DNA of 63,843 nt, the filler included, from Octopus bimaculoides (taxonomy: Eukaryota): the NCBI RefSeq assembly GCF_001194135.2. It is 7 parts of 7 records of this genome, joined end to end, with 100 filler letters (N's around TTAATTAATTAA, not from the genome) between each part and the next. Parts side by side here need not be neighbours in the genome. Positions count along the whole stretch, not along the records: positions 34,360 to 52,433 come from NC_068990.1; positions 52,534 to 54,512 come from NC_069005.1; positions 54,613 to 58,190 come from NC_069001.1; positions 58,291 to 62,561 come from NC_068991.1; 3 more parts are not named here. One strand, given 5' to 3'. Each line of letters opens with the position of its first letter. The stretch's first letter is position 1. This document shows, one piece after another, positions 50,176-62,420 of this stretch. A program made the translations under genes and the position numbers. The notes beneath the pieces were generated by a model. That model searched no databases. It saw only the letters and a list, made by a program, of their open reading frames with translations, and was not told the origin of the DNA.

Positions 50176-51325
50176 TCAGTTTCACACCATTAATGATAAT
50201 ACTGAGAACCTCCCATGCTGGTGGTGCCCGCTAAAGCCGCAGAAAATATAGGGCCTAGAGCAAACAAAACAGCACATAGTGGACATACGAAAGTAAAAAA
50301 TGTTATTTACGACAATGGACAAAGACGAAATGAATAAGAAACGGGCAAAATACAGCCTTAGGGCCAAAAAGACCAGAATAGTTGGTAATGCTTATAGAAA
50401 TCACAAAATAGAACGACACAGAATTTGTACGACCGTTCAGCTATGCAACCGTTGTGAAAAAGGATGAAAGGAAAGCTGACCATGAGTCAAGTGTCGGCAA
50501 CACGCAGAGAAGAAAGAGGGCAAGAGAGAGAGAGATAGGGAGAGAGAGATAGAGAGGGAGAGTGACAGAGAGAAAACGAGGGAACGGATGAAGGGAGAAA
50601 TCAGAAAAACGAGAAATGCTATAAATACAAGTAATATGGCAAGAAAGAAAAAAAGTGTAAAGGGGAAAGGCGAGTAATAGAAGAGAGCATGCGTTTACTT
50701 ACAATGCATTTTTTCATTTCTAAAGTAAAGGAACGCACGCAGTTGTTTTTTATATATCTGTGTGACTCTTCTTGCCTCCACTATCTCTCCTTTTCTTTCT
50801 CTCACACTCTTCTATTTCCAGCCTCTCCACTTTCCCTTTTTTCTCTCTCTCTCTTCCTCTTACTTTTATTTGTAGCATTTCTCCTTTCTCGCTTTTTCTC
50901 CTTCAACCTTACCTCGTTTTCTTTCAGTCGCTCTCTCTCTCTCTCTCTCTCTCTTGCCCTCTTTCTCCTCTACTTGTTGCTGACACGTGAGCCGTAGCCC
51001 GCTTACCTCATCCTTTCATTCTCTCCTTTTTTTTCACATTATTTGCGGTCGTAAAAATTCTGTCTTGCTATTTGCTGTTTTCTATATCCTTTAGGATGTC
51101 TTCTAAACGTTACCCATCATTCTTGTCTTTTTGGTCCATAGGCTGTATTTTGTTCGTTTCTTACTTATTTCGTTTTTGTCCACTGTCATAAATTACATTC
51201 TTTTTACGTTCGTATGTCCACTATGTGTTGTTTTGATCACTCTAGGCCCTAAGTTCTCCGCGGCACTCACGGGCACAGCGAACATGGGAAGTTCTTAGTC
51301 TTATCATTAATGGTGTGAAACTGAG
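50175..51325. repeat. Long inverted repeat (foldback): ~370-390-bp arms extended by GA-rich and CT-rich tracts
   Basis: Left arm ctcagtttcacaccattaatgataa... matches the reverse complement of 51325 backwards. Shared blocks include tagggcctagag, cacatagtggacatacgaa, caaaatacagcct, ccaaaaagac and gaaagagggcaagagagag. Confidence 0.92.
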
Positions 51326-52347
51326 AATTACCATTTAGTTGATAACTGATAAAGAATTAGGGACCCTCCGTGCCTGTCTCTCGTCCGGTTGTACACTCAG
51401 TATATGTATACGATTTTTACCTATCGTTGCATTTTTTTCATTGATATATATGTAGGCCTCCTCATGGTAGCATTTAAATTTATTCGTTTTTATTTATAAT
51501 TTTATCTTACATTGCCATAAATAACACTCAATATGGGTTCTATTGTCAGAATCATTATTATTGTCATTATAACTGTCATATCAGCCAATCAAACATGGGT
51601 TTTCATATCGTCTGCATTCACAGATTGATTTTGACATCAAATCGTCAGCCTTCCTATAGATTTCCACTCTGCCAAACTATTTTTACGCTGAAATCTTGTT
51701 CCATCCGTTTGGTTAAATAAAGCTAAGCTAAAATGGAATTACTAACAATACTAATGAGCTGAGGTGCTTCCAGCCAAAATGTCTCAAGTGACCTCAATAT
51801 TGTCTAATGGAAATAACCAAAGCTAAACCCAGGGTAACATTCTTAAAGTTATATACTATGTCCAGTATATATTAATAATAAATGTGTATGTGTGTGTGTG
51901 TGTGTATCCATACATTCATAGACGCATAGACGTATAACATATATGTACATCCGTTTTTCTAGGAAGCGCATATAGACACAACTTGTGAAACGCATAATTT
52001 TGTCATTTGTTATATATATTCGCTATTGTATTTTCAGTATCCCATTATATAATTTCAGAACTTTTTTTTCCTTTCACATTCATCAGTTTCTATTGTTAAT
52101 CTCTAAACACCATATTTATCTCCTCACTTCCTTAACTAATTCTGTTTGTGTGTATATGTCTGTGAGTAAGCCTATGTGTGACTGCCAGATGCCCCTGTGT
52201 GGGTATGATAGTCTGTGAGTCTATTCTTGTCTTTAGATTAATTCGTTCAATGAGACAATGTCTCAGATAATACTTCTATATACACAGCACGTCTATAGTG
52301 CACTGTTACTAAGTATGCGTCTTCTTTCAAATTACCATTATGCATGT

Positions 52348-52398
<51 letters not shown>

Positions 52399-52537
52399 CA
52401 CACACATATACATATATCTATATTTATATATATNNNNNNNNNNNNNNNNNNNNNNNNNNNNNNNNNNNNNNNNNNNNTTAATTAATTAANNNNNNNNNNN
52501 NNNNNNNNNNNNNNNNNNNNNNNNNNNNNNNNNTATG

Positions 52538-52554
<17 letters not shown>

Positions 52555-52572
<18 letters not shown>

Positions 52573-52783
52573 CTGTGTTTGTCCCCCCAACATCGCTTGA
52601 CAACCGATGCTGGTGTGTTTACGTCCCCGTAACTTAGCGGTTCGGCAAAAGAGACCGATAGAATAAGTACTAGGCTTCCAAAGAATAAGTCCTGGGGTCG
52701 ATTTGCTCGACTAAAGGCGGTGCTCCAGCATGGCCACAGTCAAAAGACTGAAACAAGTAAAAGAGTAAAAGAGTAAAAGAGTA
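52555..52783 (+). mobile_element. SINE family A, 3' half (young, near consensus)
   Basis: Body plus tail ending (gtaaaaga)x3; the head is presumably lost in the gap. Confidence 0.9.
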
Positions 52784-52924
52784 ATGTGTGATGTGCGATC
52801 TCTTTAAAAGAGATCGGCAAGTCGATCGCCATTCTTTGCCAATGGATCCTCTTGATTCCTCTTTTACTCCGGTGGACCCGCATAGCTATTCGATGTTTAA
52901 AAAAAATTATTATTAGATATTAGT

Positions 52925-53540
52925 TTTAAATTTTGGCACAGGGCCAGCAAGTTCGTGGGGAGGGTGTATGTCGATTACTTCGATTCCCGTGCTCAACTGA
53001 TTCTTATTTTATCGACTCCGAAAGGATGAAAAGCAAAGTCGACTTCAGCGGAATTTTGAACTCGGAACATGAAGTCGGATGACATACCGCTAAGCATTTT
53101 CCCCGGCATGCTAACGATTCTGCCAGTTTTCCGCCTTAGAATTCATAATTAAATGTTAGTTTCAAATTTTAGCACAAAGCCAGCAATTTCGGAGTAGGGG
53201 TTAAGTCTATTACATCGACTCCAGTGCTGAACTGGTACTTATATCATCGGCCCCGAAAGGATGAAAGCAAAGTCGATCGACCTTGGGAGAATTTAAACTC
53301 AAAACGCAAGGACGGACGAAATATATAATGAAATACAATCAGGAAGTGTAATGTAAGCTGGCCGAGTCGTTAGCACGGCGGGTAAAATGCTTAGTCAGCA
53401 TTTCGTCTGTTTTTACGTTATGAGTCCACCGATGTCGACTTTGCCTTTCATCTTTTCAGGTTCCATGAAATAAGTACCAGTCGAACACTGGAATCCCTCT
53501 CCTCCAAATTGTTGACCTTGTGAAAAAATGAGAAACCAAA
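52925..53540. mobile_element. Cluster of three SINE family B copies (-, -, +)
   Basis: 52925-53120 (-), 53160-53310 (-), 53355-53540 (+). Confidence 0.8.
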
Positions 53541-54069
53541 TATTATTAGGAATGGTATTAAAAAATTTTTAATATTTTGGGTATTGTAGAAATATAATCT
53601 ATTTTAGTGCACATAATTTTTAACAACAAAATCTTATATGGACCCCAGCTGTGAACCTCTGGTTTAGAATGTAATATGCACTGAAATGCAGTACTTATTT
53701 TAATGGTTTAATTCGAGGGGGCAGTGGAGTACCCACGTCCTTATTCGGGGTGTCCATAACTAGTGGAATAGGACAGGGGTAAGGAGGGAGAGAGAGAGAG
53801 GTATGCTTAAAGCAGACAACTAGCCTGGATCCTTACAACAAAGTGAACTCAACAAAATGTATCCAAAGGTACCCATAGATACTCAAATGTCAGGTCATGA
53901 TGTTAAACGGAATGCCAGATTAAATCCCTCTCATAAGAAGAGAAACCGACGGATTCCACGAGGTTTCTACTTACCCAATTTTATTTAAAAGACATTGGTA
54001 CCACACAGTAGGTACCACACAGTAGGTTCGAACCCAATACTACGTAGAGAATTTCTTAACCACACAGCT

Positions 54070-54450
54070 GTGCATGTATAGTGTAGCATGTATTGTAGTT
54101 CGGTGCAGTATGTATTGTAGTATATATACTGTAGTATAAGGGCACAGTTATCGGTGTAGTGGTAGTGTAGTGTAGAATAAATGCAGTGAATTGTCTGTTT
54201 TGGTGCATAGTGGTGCAATATGTGTTGTTGTGTATGTAGCGGTGTTGTGAAGTAGTGTATGCAGCGGTGTGGTGTAGAGTGTTGTGGAGGGGTGTTGTGT
54301 GCGTTGCAGAGTGATGTAGTGTATGTTGTAGTATAGAGCAGTGCGTGATGAGTTGTTATGTAGTTATGGAATTGTAGTAGTATATACGGCAGTGTGTTTT
54401 GTGGTGTAGATTCAGTGCGAAGGGGCAGCGCATGGTTAGAGAGGTAGTGT
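54070..54450. repeat. Low-complexity GTGTA/GTA cryptic repeat
   Basis: Direct inspection. Confidence 0.7.
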
Positions 54451-54625
54451 GGAAGGTAGGGGCAACCTTCGACGATTTATTATATTCTTTTTATGGCATC
54501 TAATGACGACGGNNNNNNNNNNNNNNNNNNNNNNNNNNNNNNNNNNNNNNNNNNNNTTAATTAATTAANNNNNNNNNNNNNNNNNNNNNNNNNNNNNNNN
54601 NNNNNNNNNNNNATATATATGTGTG

Positions 54626-54657
<32 letters not shown>

Positions 54658-54939
54658 AGACAACCAGTGTTGGTGTGTTTACTCCACGAGTTAACGATTC
54701 TACCATCTCGCTGCTCTTTCTGTCGATTCTTGCAGTTCACCCAGAAATTTGTGAAAACGAGATTTGAAGGTAATCAGTTACGTCTAATTTAGTATTTAAT
54801 CACCAATGTATTTATTATATTGTTGACCCTGGAAGAATGAAAATCAAAATGACCTCAGCAACAATTTGAACTCGGAAAATTTTCAATCTTTTAATTGTTC
54901 CAATCATTTTCACTGCAATCATGCTGTGACACAGCTTTG

Positions 54940-55250
54940 AATAACTGTTAGTCGAACAAATCAACCCCAGGACATATTTTTAAGCCTAGTACTTCTACCG
55001 GTCGCTAAGATAGGGGACGTTAACATACCAACACCGGTTGTTAAGCCATGATAAGGGACAAATACAGAAACAAAGACACACACACATAGATATATACCCA
55101 CACACATTGATACACACATATATATACACATACACACACCCGAGGCTATAGTAGGACACACACGCCCAAGCTGCCACGCAGTGGGGCTGAACCCAAAACC
55201 ATGTGATATGGAAGCAACTTTCCTACCACACAGCCACACCTGCGTCTAAA
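54940..55250 (-). mobile_element. SINE family A (diverged)
   Basis: gtcgaacaaatcaaccccagg...cgaggctatagtagga...ctaccacacagccacacctgcg. Confidence 0.8.
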
Positions 55251-56122
55251 AATATGTTTCACATCCAACACGCCACATACGTGTTTTAGTTTAATATATT
55301 TGTAAAACACTAGTGTGCTCCATTTAAGTAGCCGGGTATATGTGTGTGTAAAACGAAAGAGTAGATGACAAGGAAATTACAAACGTACACGGTCGCCTGT
55401 TCGTCCATGAAATAAAGAAAAAAAAACAAGCGCAGCTTACAAGCATTGATTTATGTTTTATACGCATCTCTAAGAAGACAGAAATCGAATGAAGCTGGTA
55501 GATACATAGGCTTTAATAATAAGTGGCGGGTGGGGGTCTTTTGTCAACTATTCGTGAGATTTTTGGAAAACACCAATCAAAAGACGTATCATGTTTGCTG
55601 TTGCAATTTCTTTGGGGTTTTTTTTGCTGTTTGATTTTATCGTTATTTTTACGAAAGCAAATCAATGATTTGGAGTTGGAATGGAATAGAAAAAAATGTC
55701 AACCAAAGCAACAGGAATTATTCGTCAAATAACAAAACTTTAGAGAACTGTCTAACAGAATCAGAGACGTTCTGATTACATAAGAAGATTCTTCCAGGAA
55801 ATGGTATATCAGTGCGGTTTGGTAACACACACACACATAGACACACTCTCTCACTGTCTTGTATTCTCTCTCTCTCTCTCTGGTGTGTATATATACATAT
55901 ATACATATGTGTGTGTGCGAGTTATTGTGTGAGTGCGTGTGTGTGCGTCTGCGTGTATCATATAATATATATATTATCAGTTGTAGAAAAAAATTAAAAA
56001 AGAGAATAACATTAGCCTTTGGGAAGTCTGTTAAAGGCTTTCGCAATTCATAGCTTTTCAAACGCTCTTGTTATCTATTTATCTTTCTATCCACTCATCC
56101 ATCCATCCATCCATCCATCCAT

Positions 56123-56180
<58 letters not shown>

Positions 56181-56843
56181 GTCCATCCATCTATCTGTCT
56201 ATCAGTCTATCTATCTATTTATACATACATGCATGCATACATAAGTAGTACATATATACGTGCGTTCGTAAATGCATACATACCTACATGCATACATAAA
56301 TGCATACTTGCATGTATACATATATACATATATGCGCGCGCGCGCGTATCTATGAATGTAAGTATGTATGTGTGCGTATATCTGTGTATAAAAATATAAT
56401 ATAGACATAATGGACATATAAATGCTTACATACAAATATAAATACATACACGCACACTCATTCACACAATTTTTTTTCATCATCCATTCAGCATGTCCTA
56501 TTATTTGTCCTATTTTCCATCTAATAGAATAGTTCCCTTTTATTTTTCTTCTTTAGAAATGATGAGAAAAAAACTACATTAGTCTTAAGAAAAATAAATA
56601 ATTAGATAAATAAAATAATCATCCTATTGAATAAGGAACGTAAAGTACAAAATCTTTCAATAACTTTTTATCTTTTAGCTTAAATTGTCTGTAATTGTTG
56701 GCCGGAATTAGGATCTGTCGACGCGTTAAACTCTACAGCAAAAGCGATTCTATTTTTAAACCTACCAAGCACTACTTTACCAATGTGAATGAATAGCCCG
56801 CTAGGAAAACGTAGCACAAGTTATCTTGCTCGGTCCTTTAAAA

Positions 56844-56980
56844 CAGTGGTTCTCAACCGGTGTTCCTATGGTCCCTGATGGTCCATATAAGATTGGGGGT
56901 GGGGTGGGGGTTCAACAAAATTAAATAGTAAATTGGAGGTCCACGATAGTACATGAAGAACCTTGAAAAAAGGTTGCTTT
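56844..56980 (+). mobile_element. hAT (Charlie-like) MITE remnant
   Basis: Starts CAGTGGTTCTCAACC, a typical hAT terminal IR. The right end is decayed (aaaaggttg). Confidence 0.45.
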
Positions 56981-57122
56981 AGATATATGTATTGGTATGT
57001 ATTTCAAGAAACAGCAACATTTTTTTTCTCTAGCATTTTACATAGTTCAACCTACACAAGTTAACTAACGAAGAATAAAATAGGAACTCTGAAAGAAGTT
57101 TCAATAAAATTAGTTTTTAAAC

Positions 57123-57555
57123 AGGCGCAGGAGTGCCTGTGTGGTAAGTAGCTTGCTTACCAACCACATTGTTCCGTGTTCAGTCCCACTGCGTGGCACC
57201 TTGGGCAAGTGTCTTCTACTATAGCCTCGGTCCGACCAAAGCCTTGTNNNNNNNNNNNNNNNNNNNNNNNNNNNNNNNNNNNNNNNNNNNNNNNNNNNNN
57301 NNNNNNNNNNNNNNNNNNNNNNNNNNNNNNNNNNNNNNNNNNNNNNNNNNNNNNNNNNNNNNNNNNNNNNNNNNNNNNNNNNNNNNNNNNNNNNNNNNNN
57401 NNNNNNNNNNNNNNNNNTATGTATGTATGTGTGTACATATTTTTGTATGTCTGTGTTTGTCCCCACCCCCCAAGATCGCTTGACAACCGATTGTGGTGTA
57501 TTTACGTCTCCGTAACTTAGCAGTTCGGCAAAAGAGATCCATAGAATAAGTAGGT
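57123..57555 (+). mobile_element. SINE family A spanning a gap at its internal microsatellite
   Basis: Head at 57123-57247 and body at 57440-57555. Confidence 0.88.
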
Positions 57556-57571
57556 AGGTAGATAGATAGAT

Positions 57572-57602
<31 letters not shown>

Positions 57603-58158
57603 TAGATAGATAGATAATTCAAAACTCGGAGAAAAAGACAAAAAAAACAACAATGTGAACACGGACCACAGATGTCGATTGGTACGACAAAAAAAAAAAG
57701 AATTCAAAACACACATCATACAAACATAGTTATAGCTATGTGTATGGATACGTGGTTGTGTGTATATATGTGATCGCCTCAGAAGTGTGCGTCTAATGTC
57801 CAGCATCCTTTGTTAAGCGTAGAAAGTATTTTTGCTTCTGGCCATGAAGAAAATACTATTGGCCAATTTAGTGGCGGAAATTCAAATATCTATATTTACA
57901 TTATTGTATTACAGCAGCAGTCAGTCTCTTCTAATTGTCTCCCTTTATACCACACTCTTCATATCCTTCTACCATCACCACCTTACACTGATATACATTT
58001 TATAAAAAATATACAGACATATAAACATACATACATATATACATACATACATACATAAATACGTACATACGTATACAGATGCGTACATGAATATATACGC
58101 ATAAATACAGTTTTATGTATATATACAGACACGCACACACACACACATATATATCCAT

Positions 58159-58190
<32 letters not shown>

Positions 58191-58319
58191 NNNNNNNNNN
58201 NNNNNNNNNNNNNNNNNNNNNNNNNNNNNNNNNNTTAATTAATTAANNNNNNNNNNNNNNNNNNNNNNNNNNNNNNNNNNNNNNNNNNNNTATATATATA
58301 TATATATGTATATATATAA

Positions 58320-58470
58320 CAACGAACATCTTTCAGTTTACGTCAACCGAAACCACTCACAAGGCTTTGATCGGCCCGACGCTTGCTCTCTGTGTTACGC
58401 AGTGGAACTGAACTCGGAACCATGTGGTTTGGGAAGCAAGTGTCATACCACACAGCCATGCCTGCGCCTC
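58320..58470 (-). mobile_element. SINE family A, 5' half (diverged)
   Basis: ctttcagtttacgtcaacc...ccacacagccatgcctgcgcc. Confidence 0.75.
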
Positions 58471-58524
58471 TGCGCCTATCTGTCTATCAATCTATATATA
58501 TATATATATATATGTATGTATATA

Positions 58525-58598
<74 letters not shown>

Positions 58599-59591
58599 CG
58601 CATGTACATGTATACACTTATATATACACATAAGTATATACGTGTTTATGGTGCAAGGGATTTTTTATAAATTTTCTATGTGGGAGGTTGTGTGTGTGTG
58701 TGTGCGCGCGCGCGTGTGTAATGTACATAGACATTATACACACACACATACACACACACACATACACACACACACACACATGTACGTGCATGTATAAAAC
58801 TCTGGCGGGTTTTCCGTTTACGAATATATTCTTTTCAAAGTCAAGAGGAAATTTAACTCAAGTGATGGAGTAATTATGTCAAGGTTTCATCGCTGCTTCA
58901 TCTTCCGTGTGAAATTTGTTTGATGGAGAATATTCCTTGATGTCGTTCAGTCAGCATCTTGTGTCACCCTCTTCTTCAATTCTTACTGACTCTTACCTTT
59001 AAGATGTTGATACTAAAGCTCTGGGTACTGACCTCAGGCTCAAAATACAATGTGTTCCTTTTTTTTAGATTGTAGGTGTGATTTCCAGCAGGTCAGGCAA
59101 TGGCTTAGATGCTCGTTTATTGGACCGTCACGGATTGTTTCTTTTATTTTTGAGTTTGCCAAAAAGATTGGACGTCGAACTAAATACTCTGTTGTATTTA
59201 GTACATTCTGTATACTGACTTACAATCACACCGTATTCGGTAATATTAGAATTAGTATTATACAAGCAACATACGTTGAACATCTATGTAAACTCGCGCG
59301 CGCGCGCGTAATATATGGATTCATAGAGTTGGGCGGGTATCACAGAAAGTCTTCTAGCGGACTTACCTAACAGACCACATAGTAAGTAAACCAATACAGA
59401 GGAGTGTAATACAGAGTTCCATGCAATTGAAATACAGGAGATCCGATCAATGAAATTATTTCATGAGGAGTACGTAAACCATAAAAAGCCAGGAAGTATG
59501 AGAGTTGAATATATTTACTTAATCACTTGTCATCTTTAGGCTGACAAATGGTTAAATATCTTCACCTTTCATAGTTCTTGATTTGTATGGT

Positions 59592-59654
<63 letters not shown>

Positions 59655-59740
59655 CACAGACACACATACATGCATACATATTTACATGCACACATACATA
59701 TAAACATCTGATGATTTTATGCTTTATGTACTTTTCATTG

Positions 59741-59780
<40 letters not shown>

Positions 59781-60769
59781 GGGGGGGAGAATTCGCAAAA
59801 AATAAAAACAGAAGACGAAGACAGGTGGACGTCCTGCTTTAAGGAGGACAGATTGTCATTCCAGAACATTCATCAACAATTACAATGTATAATGCTATAT
59901 CACGTGTATGATGTCTAAACGGATCAATTAATGTACAACAGCCAAACACCACGTCGCTGGAACTGTGAAGCGCCCAGTTCTATACAATAATTTTTGTATT
60001 TTTTTCATAAACTAGGGGATGGCTACTGACATTAAGCTTAAAGATTATATAATGTACAAGTATAAAGAAAGAATTAAAGAAAAAAGGACTCATTATATTG
60101 AATGTTATCGATAATATCGAGTGGAAGTAGGGGATACTGCAGTTCCGCAATTCCTATACACGAGCCGCCACTGGTTCGTATACATATGTACTTCGTATAA
60201 TTTATATTCCATTTCTAAAGTGCAACTTATGTAACTTTACAGGCTAATAATAGAATAAAATAGACTGTGTGTATATTTACACACATACACACACACACAC
60301 ACATATCGCATACGTAGCTTGGTCAACGCCCGACATAACTATTTCAGATTTTGCCTTCTATAACACGTTTTTTTAATATTTTATAGAAGAAAAATATTTC
60401 ACCGTTGGAGCTGAAAAAGTTACTTCTCACAAGTTACTTTCACTTTCAAGAAACTAGAAAGTTGCATATATACATACATGATGTATGAGTGTCCAGCTTT
60501 TTCTGAACGATCTGCATAAATCCTTTTGTCAGGAATGTTTTTGAGATATCAAAATGTTCCTGATGATACGACACCCACATCACATTCAACATTAATTCAA
60601 AAACTACAGTTAATGTAATTAGTATACGGTTGTCAATGTTACTCTGAGTCATGAGAACATTCATACATACATACATACATACATACATACAAAAATATCC
60701 TGTTGATGTTGAAATTGCAGTTAAGGAACCTTCAATGTTATTTACTTTTTTCTTTTTTTCTTTTTACAG

Positions 60770-60832
60770 AAAATTTTAAAATGGATTATTCCATATTCTG
60801 CAACTATACAGAATTCAGTGCAGCATTCCTAG
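60770..60832 (+). CDS. Coding exon: start of a hemopexin-like domain (blade 1)
   Basis: Long polypyrimidine tract plus ACAG acceptor (60768-69) and GTAAGT donor (60833). 63 nt, phase 1-1, open: xNFKMDYSIFCNYTEFSAAFL(G). The C-x4-F-S-A-A pattern matches the first Cys and FDA motif of MMP hemopexin domains. Splices in frame to the next exon. Confidence 0.75.
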   Translation, partial: KILKWIIPYSATIQNSVQHS

Positions 60833-61599
60833 GTAAGTAGTTTTCGCAAATTTGTCCTGTTTCTTTATTTTTAATGTTTCGTTAAGTATTTATATATTTA
60901 TATTTTCATATCATGATTCCATGTCTAACGTTATTTTTCTACAATTATACCATGGTAGAAATATAAGTAAAATAGCTCATAAACTATTAACGGGTACAAA
61001 TAGTTGCACCCTTATTTCTTATTCAAAATATACCCAACAATAATAAGTACTGATGAACCGCAACTGTAATGCCCTAAATCCATCATGTCTGCTTCTACCG
61101 CGAGTACCACCATATTCAGCAAAGAATCATCATATAGTTACTTGACCTGCTAGAAATAGTAACTAAATTCAGGACTTTTTAATTACTTAAATGGAGTCAC
61201 CATTAGCAGTATATGTTTGCCACCATGGGTAACATCAAAAAGTAAGACAAGCATATAACAATTAGTTTGATGAATTTTTTTTTTTGTGCTTATACAATAT
61301 GAAATTAATACTAATTTTGAAAAGAAAAATATTTATTATCTTAGAATTAGATAAGACAATTTCACATTTGATAAGTCTCCCATTTATTCCTCTTCTCAAC
61401 TCCATGATTACTTCTCTCACAGTCTGTGTGTATAGCATTCATCTTTCACTTCTTAAGTAAACTCTCTCTGTATGTCTCTTTTACTCTCTCTCCCTCTCTC
61501 CCTCTAGACAATCAATGTAAAGTGTGATTGAAGAATCAACCAACCAACCAACCTACATTTATATGAACTACTATTATATAGAGATTATTAAAAGGTAGC

Positions 61600-61795
61600 A
61601 AGCTGGCTGAATCATTAATGCATCAGAAAAATACCATGCAGTATTTCTTCTGGATCTTGACAACTATCAAAGTCAACTTTGCCTTTTATTCTTCCACAGT
61701 TGATAAAATAAAGTACCAGTCACATACTAGATTCAACAGTATCAGCTTGCTCCCTCTTTTCAAAATTGTAGGCTTTGTGCATAAATCGAAAACCA
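61600..61795 (+). mobile_element. SINE family B in the hemopexin-gene intron
   Basis: gctggctgaatcatt...gtcaactttgccttttattc...aagtaccagtc, with a (TAG)n tail. Confidence 0.7.
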
Positions 61796-61796
61796 T

Positions 61797-61834
<38 letters not shown>

Positions 61835-61874
61835 TCATTGTCTCTATTAATATTATTGTTGTTTATAATTTCAG

Positions 61875-62033
61875 GTCCAGGATATAGTCAGTACTTCTTT
61901 TCAAAGAAGATATATGAAGTAAAAGGTTCTAGAATTAATCAATTTTCAAGGAATGAACTTTTCCCTCATTGCCCATATTATGTAGATGCTATGGTTTATT
62001 CAGAAACCACAAAGAAAGCATATATATTTAAAG
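61875..62033 (+). CDS. Coding exon: hemopexin repeats (MMP-type or stand-alone hemopexin-like protein)
   Basis: TTTCAG acceptor and GTAAGA donor. 159 nt, phase 1-1, open: (G)PGYSQYFFSKKIYEVKGSRINQFSRNELFPHCPYYVDAMVYSETTKKAYIFK(G). Contains the hemopexin signature FP..P..VDA......K.YIFKG. Confidence 0.87.
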
Positions 62034-62144
62034 GTAAGAAAGTTTGCATTTTATTTTTTTTTTTTTAATTCTTAAAACAAAACCATATCACTTACTCTGT
62101 TGGCCTCTTTTTGCTAAACTGTTAAGTTGCAAAGATGTACACAA

Positions 62145-62420
62145 ATCATGATCAGTTGTCAAACAGTGGGATAGAGGATAGCCGCAGACACAAAGACATG
62201 CGTATACATACACATACACACTTACATATGTGTGTGTGTGTGTGTGTGTGTGTGATGAGCTTCTATGTAGTTTTCTTCTACCAAATTCACTTTCAAGGTA
62301 TTGGTTGGCTTGGGGCTATAGCAGAAGATACTTGCCCAAGGTGCTACACAATCGAACTGAACCCAAAACCTGATGGTTGTAAAGCAAGCTTCTTAACCAT
62401 ACAGCCAAGTCTGCCCCTAT
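62145..62420 (-). mobile_element. SINE family A (diverged) in intron
   Basis: ggggctatagcagaagatacttgcccaaggtgc...cttcttaaccatacagcc. Confidence 0.75.

Noticed and set aside
58870-59200. Possible Tc1/mariner/pogo fossil on the minus strand, and ORF 59050-59370
   Set aside because: Motif matches were weak and mutually inconsistent; it cannot be assigned by eye.
60528-60630. Exon-like GMFLRYQNVPDDTTP... upstream of the hemopexin exon
   Set aside because: The available donors give phase 2, which cannot join the phase-1 exon at 60770 without a stop.
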